This document shows, piece after piece, positions 12,329 through 20,723 of a stretch of 64,000 nt of DNA. The notes beneath the pieces were generated by a model. The model saw only the letters and a list, made by a program, of their open reading frames with translations, was not told the origin of the DNA and did no database searches. Both the position numbers and the translations under genes were made by a program. The first letter of the stretch is position 1. Each line of letters opens with the position of its first letter. Origin of the DNA: an uncultured Gemmatimonadales bacterium (GTDB lineage Bacteria; Gemmatimonadota; Gemmatimonadetes; Gemmatimonadales; GWC2-71-9); assembly GCA_963828735.1 (NCBI GenBank), contig CAWHFW010000002.1, forward strand, positions 640,001 through 704,000. Reading direction: 5' to 3'.

Positions 12329-12954
12329 CAATCCTCCACGTCGGCCAGGGCCCGACGCAGTCGCTCCATTTCCTCCGGGCTCGCCTCGAGCGGCTGGGCC
12401 GGCTCCGCCGGTGCCACGGCCGCCACCGCCTGCCGCCGCCGAATCAGGAATATCAGCGCAACGCCGGCGGCCGTGATGGCCGCGCCAGGAACCAGGTAGC
12501 CGGCCAGATTGAAGCCTCGCGGCTTCGGAGCCATGAGCGCTTTCTCGCCGTACTTGGCCACGAACGCATCGAGCACCTGCTGGGCCGTCATGCCCTCGCT
12601 GCGAAGCGCGAGCACCTCGCGATGGAGTCGCGGAGAGTAGGTACAGGAGAAGTCGGTGGTTCGGCAGGTGAAGACGTCGAGGGTGCAACCGCAGTTGCAG
12701 GCCAGCCGAAGCTCGATCGCCTGGATCTCCGCGGCATCCTCCGCGGCGTCCGTGGGCGCCTGGGAGCGCCCCACCGCGGAGGGGTCTCGCAGCGTCCCGA
12801 TCGCGCCGCGGCCGGCCAGCGAGTCCTGGAGCGCGGCCGCCGCCCCGGCTGATATCGCGGATGCGGGCGCGGTCATCGGCTGCAGGAGCGGAACCGCAGC
12901 AAGCGCCAATCCTCGGCGAAGGAAATCGCGTCGGGCGCCGGACGTGTCGCTCAC
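12328..12954 (-). CDS. ccmH: Cytochrome c biogenesis protein CcmH/NrfF-like (variant)
   Basis: LACNCGC...TC...C, GMTAQQVLDAFVAKYGEKALMAP motif, C-terminal TM; directly follows ccmF. Confidence 0.8.
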   Translation of the reverse strand: MSDTSGARRDFLRRGLALAAVPLLQPMTAPASAISAGAAAALQDSLAGRGAIGTLRDPSAVGRSQAPTDAAEDAAEIQAIELRLACNCGCTLDVFTCRTTDFSCTYSPRLHREVLALRSEGMTAQQVLDAFVAKYGEKALMAPKPRGFNLAGYLVPGAAITAAGVALIFLIRRRQAVAAVAPAEPAQPLEASPEEMERLRRALADVED

Positions 12955-14984
12955 TCCTTCCCCGCCCCCACGAGCGAGACCCCATAGCCGCCCTGCGCCG
13001 GGCGCGACGGCGCCACGGCGGGCCCGCCACCCGGCCACATGGTGACGATACCGCCGAATGCGAGCACAAAGCCCCCGAACCACACCCACCACACGAGCGG
13101 GTTGATGTTGAACCGGTACACCGCTTCCTCGGTCCCGTTTACCGCCCCCGCGAACACCATGTAGAGGTCTTCCCGCAGGCCGCTCCGGATCCCGACCTCC
13201 GTGGACGGCTCGAAGGTCGGCCGCTTGAAGCTGTCCACGTGCTGGCGCTTCTCGCTGGTGAGCAGGCCCGCGGGGCGCCCGTCGATTGCGACCTGGACCG
13301 TCGCCGCGCTGACCACCCGGTTCAGCGCCTCGTACTGCGAGATCCCCACGTGCGTGAACCGGTAGGTGTGCCCGAACGGGCTCCGGAGCTCGACCGACTC
13401 ACCCGGCTTGAGCGTGGCCTCGCGCTCGACCCGAAACGCCATGCCGGCGAAGGCCACGAAGTAGATGAGCACGCCCACGTGCACGAGGTACCCGCCATAC
13501 CGGCGGCGGTTCCGCTCGATCAGTCGGAACAGCGCGACCGGTACCGACTCCTGATGCATCCGCCGGCGCGCGCGCACACCGCGATAGAACTCCTGAGTCA
13601 CCGTGCCGGCCACGAAGGCGGCGAGCGCGAAGGCGATCACCGCGTACGAGTCCCGGACCCCGGCGGCGAGGAGCGCGACCAGCGCGACGGACCCCGTCGC
13701 CACCGGCACCACGAACTGTCGCCGCAGGTTTGCCGTCGATGCCTTGCGCCAGGCGATGAGCGGACCGATGCCCGTGAGGCCCAGCAGCAGCAGCCCCAGT
13801 GGCACGTTCACCCGATTGAAGAACGGCGGCCCCACCGTAATCTTGGTGCCCCGCACCGCCTCGGACAGGATCGGGAACAGCGTTCCCCACAACACCGAGA
13901 ACGCGATACCCACCAACAGGAGATTGTTGAACAGGAACGCGGCCTCACGGCTCAGCATCGACTCCAGCTGAACTTCGGCCTCGAGCGCGGGCCACCGGGA
14001 ATACAACAGCGTGAACGACAGCACGGCGGCCACGGTCAGGAACGCCAGGAAGAAGTACCCGACGTTCGACTGCGTGAAGCTGTGCACGCTCGCGATGACC
14101 CCGGACCGGGTGATGAACGTCCCGAAGATGCTCAGGAGGAACGTTCCGATGATCAATCCCAGGTTCCAGCGCTTGAGCATGCCGCGCTTCTCCTGGATCA
14201 TGACCGAGTGCAGGAACGCCGTCATGGTGAGCCAAGGGAGGAAGCTCGCGTTCTCCACGGGATCCCAGGCCCAGTACCCGCCCCACCCCAGCTCGACGTA
14301 GGCCCACCACATGCCGAGCGTGATGCCGATCGAAAGGAAGAGCCAGCTCACCAGCGTCCACTTGCGGATGGCGTGGATCCATCCCGTGTCGAGCCGCCGC
14401 GAGAGCAGCGCCGCCACGGCAAAGGCGAATGGAATCGTGATGCTGATGTAGCCGAGGTAGAGCATCGGCGGGTGAATCACCATGCCGACGTTCTGAAGCT
14501 GCGGATTGAGCCCGCGGCCGTCGGCGGGCGTGAAGGACAGCCGCTCGAAGGGGCTCGACCCGAACAGCATCACGCTGACGAAGAACACGACGACGCTGGA
14601 CGTGACGCCCGCGACGTAGGGCAGCAAGTCGGCGTAGCGCCGCGAGGTCAGGAGCTGGGCCAGGCTGGCGAACAGGGACAACACGACCGCCCAGAAGAGC
14701 AGCGACCCCTTCTGCCCCGCCCAGAACGCCGACACGATGAAGTAGGGCGGCAGGTTCCGGCTGGTGTACGCGGCGACGTACTCGATGTTGAAATCGTGGG
14801 TGATGAGCCCCTTCCACAGCGCGATCGACGCGACCACGAGGCATCCGAAGACCGCGTAGACCGAGCGCGTCACGGTCGCGGCCAGATCGGGCCGGTCCTG
14901 CCACCGCCCCGAAAAGGCGATCGCCGCGCCCCAGAGGCCGACCAGGAGCGCGGCCCACAGCGCGAACTGTCCCAGCAAGGTCAT
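12951..14984 (-). CDS. ccmF: Cytochrome c biogenesis heme lyase CcmF
   Basis: WAGQKGSLLFW, GLNPQLQ, HPPMLYLGY, WWD domain WGGYWAWDPVENAS, SVHSF. Confidence 0.98.
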   Translation of the reverse strand: MTLLGQFALWAALLVGLWGAAIAFSGRWQDRPDLAATVTRSVYAVFGCLVVASIALWKGLITHDFNIEYVAAYTSRNLPPYFIVSAFWAGQKGSLLFWAVVLSLFASLAQLLTSRRYADLLPYVAGVTSSVVVFFVSVMLFGSSPFERLSFTPADGRGLNPQLQNVGMVIHPPMLYLGYISITIPFAFAVAALLSRRLDTGWIHAIRKWTLVSWLFLSIGITLGMWWAYVELGWGGYWAWDPVENASFLPWLTMTAFLHSVMIQEKRGMLKRWNLGLIIGTFLLSIFGTFITRSGVIASVHSFTQSNVGYFFLAFLTVAAVLSFTLLYSRWPALEAEVQLESMLSREAAFLFNNLLLVGIAFSVLWGTLFPILSEAVRGTKITVGPPFFNRVNVPLGLLLLGLTGIGPLIAWRKASTANLRRQFVVPVATGSVALVALLAAGVRDSYAVIAFALAAFVAGTVTQEFYRGVRARRRMHQESVPVALFRLIERNRRRYGGYLVHVGVLIYFVAFAGMAFRVEREATLKPGESVELRSPFGHTYRFTHVGISQYEALNRVVSAATVQVAIDGRPAGLLTSEKRQHVDSFKRPTFEPSTEVGIRSGLREDLYMVFAGAVNGTEEAVYRFNINPLVWWVWFGGFVLAFGGIVTMWPGGGPAVAPSRPAQGGYGVSLVGAGKE

Positions 14985-14996
14985 ATCGCGGAGATC

Positions 14997-15410
14997 TCAG
15001 GCTTTGGGGACGGCCTCGTAGCGGGAGCCGCATTTGGCGAGCACATCGGTGGCGCGGATGACGCCGTCCCTGCCGAGCCGACCCTCGACGACGACTTCGA
15101 TGTCGTTCGCATCCGTGAAGGTATCGGGCACCAGGCCGTGGTAGGTGACCGGATAGGTCTTCACGCCGTCCGAGACCTTGAAGTCGATCGTGCGCGCGGC
15201 GGCGTCGCGGTGGACGGAGCCCGGCACCACCTTCGCGCCCACCTTGAAGCCCACGTTGTCCACGAATGTCGGATCGGCGGCGGTCTTGGCAGCCAGCTCG
15301 GCGGGGGTGAGAAAATACACCCCGGTTTCCTTCACGCCTTCGCCGATCAGGAACCCCACGCTGCCCACGATCAGGGCTGCCCCGAGCAAGAACTTATGGC
15401 CTGCCTTCAT
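14997..15410 (-). CDS. ccmE: Heme chaperone CcmE, Cys variant (CxxxY)
   Basis: YFLTPAEL, YHGLVPDTF, VVVEG, VLAKCGSRY. Confidence 0.92.
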   Translation of the reverse strand: MKAGHKFLLGAALIVGSVGFLIGEGVKETGVYFLTPAELAAKTAADPTFVDNVGFKVGAKVVPGSVHRDAAARTIDFKVSDGVKTYPVTYHGLVPDTFTDANDIEVVVEGRLGRDGVIRATDVLAKCGSRYEAVPKA

Positions 15411-15471
15411 GTCCGGCTCCCCGTCGTAGGTCGCGCCACCCGGCGAAAGCTTCCCCGTCCCGCGCCCGGAT

Positions 15472-16269
15472 TCAAGTGCCCGGCGCTGCCGATTTGGATT
15501 TGAGCGCCTGCTGATGGAACTCATCCAGCGACTTCTTGTGGTCGGCGTATTCCGGGCGCGCCGCCTTCATCTCGGCGTCGTAGTGCTCCAGGAACCCCGC
15601 GTACGCCTTGGCCAGCGCCTTGTCGTCCTTCTGCCACCGGGCCACGGTCCCCCGGATGATGTACCCGAAAAGATGCCCTGGCTGGCGGGTCAAAATGGTG
15701 TCGGCGATGGCGGTGGGCCCGGCGGCGTCGCCGCTGTGCACTTCCAGCAGGGCAGCGTGGTAGCGGGCGTCGGCATCCACGGAATCCAGCTGGTTGTACG
15801 CCATGAGTGCCATCGGCATGAAGCGGTTCACCGTGGCTTCGTCGCCCGCCTGCGCGGCGCTCATCACACGGTTGTACAGCCGGTCGAAGCGCTCGCGGGG
15901 TGACATGTTGCTGATGTCCGGCGGCGTGCCTCCGTCGCCATCCGTCAGTCCAGGCGCGGGCCCCGTGTCCGCCGCGGCGGCCACCGGAGTCGACGGTGTT
16001 CGCGAGACCATGAACAGCAGACCGACCAGCAGCGCGACCAGGGCCGCCCCGGCGATGATCCAGGGTGTGCGGTCCGCGCGGCCGCTCGTGGCGGCGGAGC
16101 CGGCGGCCAGGCCGTGCCCGCACGCCGGGCAGAACTTCGCCCCGGCGGTGACGGCCCCACCGCAGTGGCGGCAGGCAGAGGCGCCCTTGGGCGCGCCGCA
16201 ATTCGAGCAGAAGCGGCCCGCCCCCGAGGCTCCGCAGGCGGCACAGGTGGCGGACGAAGGATCGCTCAT
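15472..16269 (-). CDS. Double zinc-ribbon membrane protein with C-terminal helical (TPR-like) domain
   Basis: CAAC, CSNC, CRHC, CPAC; single TM; helical C-terminus; ATGA overlap with the hydrogenase protease. Confidence 0.75.
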   Translation of the reverse strand: MSDPSSATCAACGASGAGRFCSNCGAPKGASACRHCGGAVTAGAKFCPACGHGLAAGSAATSGRADRTPWIIAGAALVALLVGLLFMVSRTPSTPVAAAADTGPAPGLTDGDGGTPPDISNMSPRERFDRLYNRVMSAAQAGDEATVNRFMPMALMAYNQLDSVDADARYHAALLEVHSGDAAGPTAIADTILTRQPGHLFGYIIRGTVARWQKDDKALAKAYAGFLEHYDAEMKAARPEYADHKKSLDEFHQQALKSKSAAPGT

Positions 16270-16841
16270 GGGCGCCGATCGGGCTGGTCGCAGTGGGAAC
16301 GAGGAACTGAAGGCAAATCTAGCGCAATTGCGCCGGGGCGGGCTCGTTCGGAGGTCCGGTGAACCAGGTGGTGCCCCCAGGCGGCGAGCTGGGTGGCGGC
16401 CGCGCGAACCGCGTCGTCAAGTGCGCGCGCGACCTCATGACTCAGCCCGCCCGGCCGGACGCATGCTGGCTGGAGGCCGATCGCGGCGAGCCGGGGGGGC
16501 AGCGTACCCCGCAGCTGGCCCAGGGCCAGCACCTCGGGCAAGCCGGACTGATGGCAGGAGATCCGGTGACCCAGCATTCGTGGAAGCTGGTCGTCGTTCA
16601 GCCGCACGAGCGATCCGGGCGACTGGCCGGCGTCGATCGCGTCGAGCACCAGGACCGCCTCAGCCCCCTCGATCAGCGGCAGGAGCGAGAGCCCGAGGGT
16701 GCCCCCGTCCACCGGCCGGACCAGCGGCGGCAGCCGCCACCGGCTGGTCAGCCGTTCCAGGGCGACGAGGCCGAGGCCGTCGTCTCCCATCAGCGGATTG
16801 CCTAGCCCGATGACGAGGGTTTCCGCGGCAACTTCATTCAT
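16266..16841 (-). CDS. Hydrogenase maturation endopeptidase (HyaD/HybD family)
   Basis: LVIGLGNPLMGDDGLG, VDGGT, LDAID, SCHQ, IGLQP. Confidence 0.93.
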   Translation of the reverse strand: MNEVAAETLVIGLGNPLMGDDGLGLVALERLTSRWRLPPLVRPVDGGTLGLSLLPLIEGAEAVLVLDAIDAGQSPGSLVRLNDDQLPRMLGHRISCHQSGLPEVLALGQLRGTLPPRLAAIGLQPACVRPGGLSHEVARALDDAVRAAATQLAAWGHHLVHRTSERARPGAIALDLPSVPRSHCDQPDRRP

Positions 16842-17595
16842 CCACAAACCGGCGTCCCGAGGGTACGAACCGCCCCCCGGTAACGATGGAGGAGATGGAG
16901 CCGCCTCGCTCCAGCACATCGGCTCGCATGGCGAGGTAGACGTGGATGGGCACGAAAATGCAGAAGATCCACGTGGAGACGTGGTGAATCAGGCGGACGA
17001 CCTGCATGCCGCCCAGGAGGGGACCCAGCCAGCCGAATGCGCGGAAGAAGAAGCCGCCGGGATCGAATTGCCCGTACATAGCGAATCCGGTCACCACTTG
17101 GATGAAGGCCACCGCATAGATCCCAGTGTAGCTCAGCTGCTGGAGCGGGTTGTGGCCCAGGTAGTGGGGCGCCTCCTCGGGCCGGATCATGAGGTAGAAC
17201 TTGACCTGGCGGACCATGTTGACCAGGTCGCGGGGACGCACCGGGAACAGCGCCGACAAGCGCTCGAACTTGTTGCCGGCCCAGAGCCAGTAGACCCGGA
17301 CGATCGCGGTAGCCACGAGCACGCCAGCGGCTCCGAAGTGCACGGCCCGCATCCAGCCCATGAGGAAATGCGAGCTGGTATCACCCGAGACCATGAAATA
17401 GGGCTTCCCGATGTACAGGCCGGTGACCACCAGCATGACGATCGAGAGAGCGGCGAGCCAGTGCATGGCGCGCACCGGCCACCCCCACAGGTAGACCCAG
17501 TGGTAGTCGCCGGTCGGGGGCGGGACCTGGCGGGACCGCGAGATCCCGGGCCCGCGCCGCGCCGCGGACGGCGGGCTCGAGGCCGAACCGCTCAC
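16834..17595 (-). CDS. [NiFe]-hydrogenase b-type cytochrome subunit (HyaC/CybH type)
   Basis: PVRAMHW, TGLYI, RAVHF, GHNPLQQLSY, RLIHH, HVYLA; four TMs. Confidence 0.93.
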   Translation of the reverse strand: MSGSASSPPSAARRGPGISRSRQVPPPTGDYHWVYLWGWPVRAMHWLAALSIVMLVVTGLYIGKPYFMVSGDTSSHFLMGWMRAVHFGAAGVLVATAIVRVYWLWAGNKFERLSALFPVRPRDLVNMVRQVKFYLMIRPEEAPHYLGHNPLQQLSYTGIYAVAFIQVVTGFAMYGQFDPGGFFFRAFGWLGPLLGGMQVVRLIHHVSTWIFCIFVPIHVYLAMRADVLERGGSISSIVTGGRFVPSGRRFVDE

Positions 17596-19307
17596 TGAAC
17601 CACCACCCGGACGATCTCCCCGCCCGAGGCATCGAGCACGTGCACTCCGCAGGCCATGCACGGGTCGAAGGAGTGAATGGTGCGCAGAATCTCGAGCGGC
17701 TGCTCGGGGTTGACCAGCGGGTGGTTGTCCATCAGCGCGGCCTCGTACGGACCCGACTGGCCCTGCGCGTCGCGCGGCGAGCAGTTCCAGGTGCTGGGCA
17801 CCACGCATTGGTAGCGCGAGATCGCGCCGTTCTCGATTTGCACCCAATGGCCCAGCGCGCCCCGCGGCGCGTCGAGGAACCCGTACCCCTGCGCCTTCGC
17901 CGGCCACGAGGACGGCTCCCATTTCTCGCCGGCGAAGGTCTTGGTGTCGCCGCTCTTGATCCGGTCGACCAGCCGGTCGTACCAGGTGCTCATGCGGCGC
18001 GCGAGCAACACGGTCTCCATGCCCCTGGCGGCCGTGCGGCCGAGCGTGGAGAACAGCGCGGCGGGTCCCACCTGCAGCCGGTCCAGCACCTCCTTCACCA
18101 TCGCGCGAATGTCCTCGTGTCCGCCGGCGAAACCCACCAGCATGCGGGCGAGCGGGCCGACTTCCATCGCCTTGCCGTCATACCGGGGCGCCTTCATCCA
18201 GGTGTACTTCTTGGAATCCTGGAGGTAGGTCCACGGTGTGGGCGGGCCGGCATATTTCGCCTTCGTCTCTCCCTCCCACGGATGCAGCCCCGCCGAATCG
18301 CCCTTGGAGTACTCGTACCACGAGCTGGTGATGAACTCCTTGATCTGCATCTGATCATAGGGCCAGACCTTGGTCAGGTCGCGATCGAGCACGATGCCAC
18401 GCGGGAAGTAGAGCTTCTCGGTGTCTCGAATATCGCCGTCGGGAAACTCGCCTACCGTCATGTAGTTCCGGACCCCGCCGCCGATGGACGCCCACTCCTT
18501 GTAGAAGCCGGCGATGGCGAGGATATCCGGCCAATACACCTGCTCGACGAACAACTGGGCCCGCGTGATCATGCCGTGGATCTGGCTCAGCCGCACCGCG
18601 TTGATGGTCGCGGTGTCGTCGAGGTTGATGGCCGAGGCCATCCCGCCCACCAGGAAGTTGGGATGCGGGTTCTTGCCGCCGAAAATGGTGTGCAGCCGGA
18701 TCACGTCGCGCTGCCAGTCGAGCGCCTCGAGGTAGTGCGCCACCGCGAGCAGGTTGACCTCGGCAGGCAGCTTGTATCCCGGGTGTCCCCAATATCCGTT
18801 CGTGAAGATCCCGAGCTGCCCGCTGCCGACAAACTTCTTGATCCGCTCCTGCACCTGCCGGAAATAGGCCTCGGAGTTGTTGGGCCACGGTGAGATCTTC
18901 CGCGCCAGCGCCGAGGTGCCCGCCGGATCTGCCTTGGTCGCGCTCACCACGTCCACCCAGTCGAGCGCATGGAGGTGGTAGAAGTGGATCACGTGGTCCT
19001 GAACGAACTGCATGCCGTGGACCAGGTTGCGGATCAGATTGGCGTTGGGCGGGATGGTGATGTCGAGGGCGTCCTCCACCGCGCGGCACGAGGCTACGGC
19101 ATGGACCACCGTGCACACCCCGCAGATGCGCTGCGTGAACGCCCAGGCGTCGCGCGGGTCCCGGCCGTGCATGACGACCTCGATGCCGCGAAACTGAGTG
19201 GACGTCGCCCACGCCTTGCTGATCCGGCCGCCTTCGGCCTGAGCCTCGATGCGGAGGTGACCCTCGATGCGTGTAATTGGGTCGACGACGACCTTGGTTA
19301 CGCTCAT
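17592..19307 (-). CDS. Group 1 [NiFe]-hydrogenase large subunit
   Basis: DPITRIEGH, L1 TQRICGVCTVVH, L2 SFDPCMACGVH plus cleavable C-terminal tail. Confidence 0.98.
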   Translation of the reverse strand: MSVTKVVVDPITRIEGHLRIEAQAEGGRISKAWATSTQFRGIEVVMHGRDPRDAWAFTQRICGVCTVVHAVASCRAVEDALDITIPPNANLIRNLVHGMQFVQDHVIHFYHLHALDWVDVVSATKADPAGTSALARKISPWPNNSEAYFRQVQERIKKFVGSGQLGIFTNGYWGHPGYKLPAEVNLLAVAHYLEALDWQRDVIRLHTIFGGKNPHPNFLVGGMASAINLDDTATINAVRLSQIHGMITRAQLFVEQVYWPDILAIAGFYKEWASIGGGVRNYMTVGEFPDGDIRDTEKLYFPRGIVLDRDLTKVWPYDQMQIKEFITSSWYEYSKGDSAGLHPWEGETKAKYAGPPTPWTYLQDSKKYTWMKAPRYDGKAMEVGPLARMLVGFAGGHEDIRAMVKEVLDRLQVGPAALFSTLGRTAARGMETVLLARRMSTWYDRLVDRIKSGDTKTFAGEKWEPSSWPAKAQGYGFLDAPRGALGHWVQIENGAISRYQCVVPSTWNCSPRDAQGQSGPYEAALMDNHPLVNPEQPLEILRTIHSFDPCMACGVHVLDASGGEIVRVVVQ

Positions 19308-20452
19308 GAGCCGCTCCCTGGGGCACCGCCCGAGGGCGGCGGCTCCACCACCGGCAGCGCGCGCCGCGCCCGGACCTGGTGGACGCCGGTGGCGATCGCG
19401 TGCGCCGCGACGCCGGCCGCAGCCCCGGCGGCCAGCGCAGCACCGAACAGATCGAGGTTGCGCTCAACGCCGAACCCGCTGACCCCGGGGAGCCGCTCGT
19501 AGAACGGCGTCATGGTGTCCCAGAAGTTCGGCTCAGTACAGCCGATGCAGGGATGTCCGGCGCCGATGGGCCAGCTGGTGCCTGAGTTCCACTGGAAGAT
19601 CGGACAGGGAGAGAAGGTCGCCGGTCCTTTGCACCCGACATGATAGAGGCACCAGCCTTTTCGTGCCGCCTCGTCGTCGAACTCCTCCACGTACTGGCCG
19701 GCATCGTAGTTGGCCCGCCGCGGGCACTGGTCATGAATGCGTGCGCCGTAGGCGAACAGCGGCCGGCCCTCGCCGTCCAGCGCGGGGAGGCGGCCGAACG
19801 TCAGGTAGTGGACGATGGTGGCGGTGACCACGTCGCCGATCGGCGGACACCCCGCGATGTTCACCACCGGCTTGTCCTTGACGATGGTCGATACGCCCAC
19901 CGCCCCCGTCGGGTTGGGCCGCGCCGCCTGGACGCTACCCCAGTGCGCGCAGGCGCCGATGGCGATGACCGCCGCGGCGCCGGCCGCTGCCTCCTCGAGG
20001 ATGACCTTCGCCGTGCGGCCCGCGATCGTGGTGTAGATACCGTCGTCCGCCAAAGGCACGGATCCGGTCACCACCAGCAGGTACTTCCCGGCGTTTCCCT
20101 TCATCGCATCGTGCAGCGCCCGCTCGGCGGCCCCACCGGCCGCGGCCATCAGGGTGTGCGAGTAGTCGAGCGAGACGAGATCCAGGATCAGGTTGCCGAT
20201 GGTGGGATCCGCCGTGCGCAGCACGCTCTCGACGCACCCGGTGCATTCCTGGAGCTGGATCCAGACGACCGAGGGCCGCGTCATCGTTTCCAGGGCGCGG
20301 GCGATTCGTGGGATGGCCAGACGATCGAGGCCGAATACTGCGGCTAGGCCTCCGCAGAACTCGAGGAACTCGCGACGGGAGACGCCTCGTGACCGGAGAT
20401 GATCACCGAGGGAGTCACCATCACTCCACGGAATGGGATGGGGAACCAGCAT
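19304..20452 (-). CDS. Group 1 [NiFe]-hydrogenase small subunit, Tat-exported, C-terminal TM anchor
   Basis: RBS AAGGAG; SRREFL Tat motif; ECTGC, GAC, GCPP, HDQC, WCLYHVGCKGP, GHPCIGC. Confidence 0.97.
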   Translation of the reverse strand: MLVPHPIPWSDGDSLGDHLRSRGVSRREFLEFCGGLAAVFGLDRLAIPRIARALETMTRPSVVWIQLQECTGCVESVLRTADPTIGNLILDLVSLDYSHTLMAAAGGAAERALHDAMKGNAGKYLLVVTGSVPLADDGIYTTIAGRTAKVILEEAAAGAAAVIAIGACAHWGSVQAARPNPTGAVGVSTIVKDKPVVNIAGCPPIGDVVTATIVHYLTFGRLPALDGEGRPLFAYGARIHDQCPRRANYDAGQYVEEFDDEAARKGWCLYHVGCKGPATFSPCPIFQWNSGTSWPIGAGHPCIGCTEPNFWDTMTPFYERLPGVSGFGVERNLDLFGAALAAGAAAGVAAHAIATGVHQVRARRALPVVEPPPSGGAPGSGS

Positions 20453-20723
20453 CGTGGCTCCTTCGGCTGAGGGCCGAGCGCGAAGCGACGCGCCGAGTGC
20501 GGTCGGGCGGGATACGCGAACAAAATCAAGGATTTGAAGGCGGATCCCCATAGTCAAGCTAGACCATGGTCTCGGCCAGTGTTCGTGAAGGTTTTCTTAG
20601 GGAAGGGAGGGTCTACGAACGTATAGTATTGCGCAAATCGCAGGGATGGATAAAAGTAGTAGCGGTTCTGGCCCGTCCCGTGTCCCACCGCGTCGCTCGA
20701 AAACAGCAGGCCAAGGCGGACCT

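Noticed and set aside
17592..19307. [NiFeSe] or O2-tolerant [4Fe-3S] hydrogenase
   Set aside because: The L2 motif is DPCMAC with ordinary Cys codons, and the small subunit lacks both supernumerary cysteines.
20669..20684. Sigma-54 promoter (TGGCCCG-N4-GTGT) upstream of the cytochrome cluster
   Set aside because: The essential -12 GC dinucleotide is absent.
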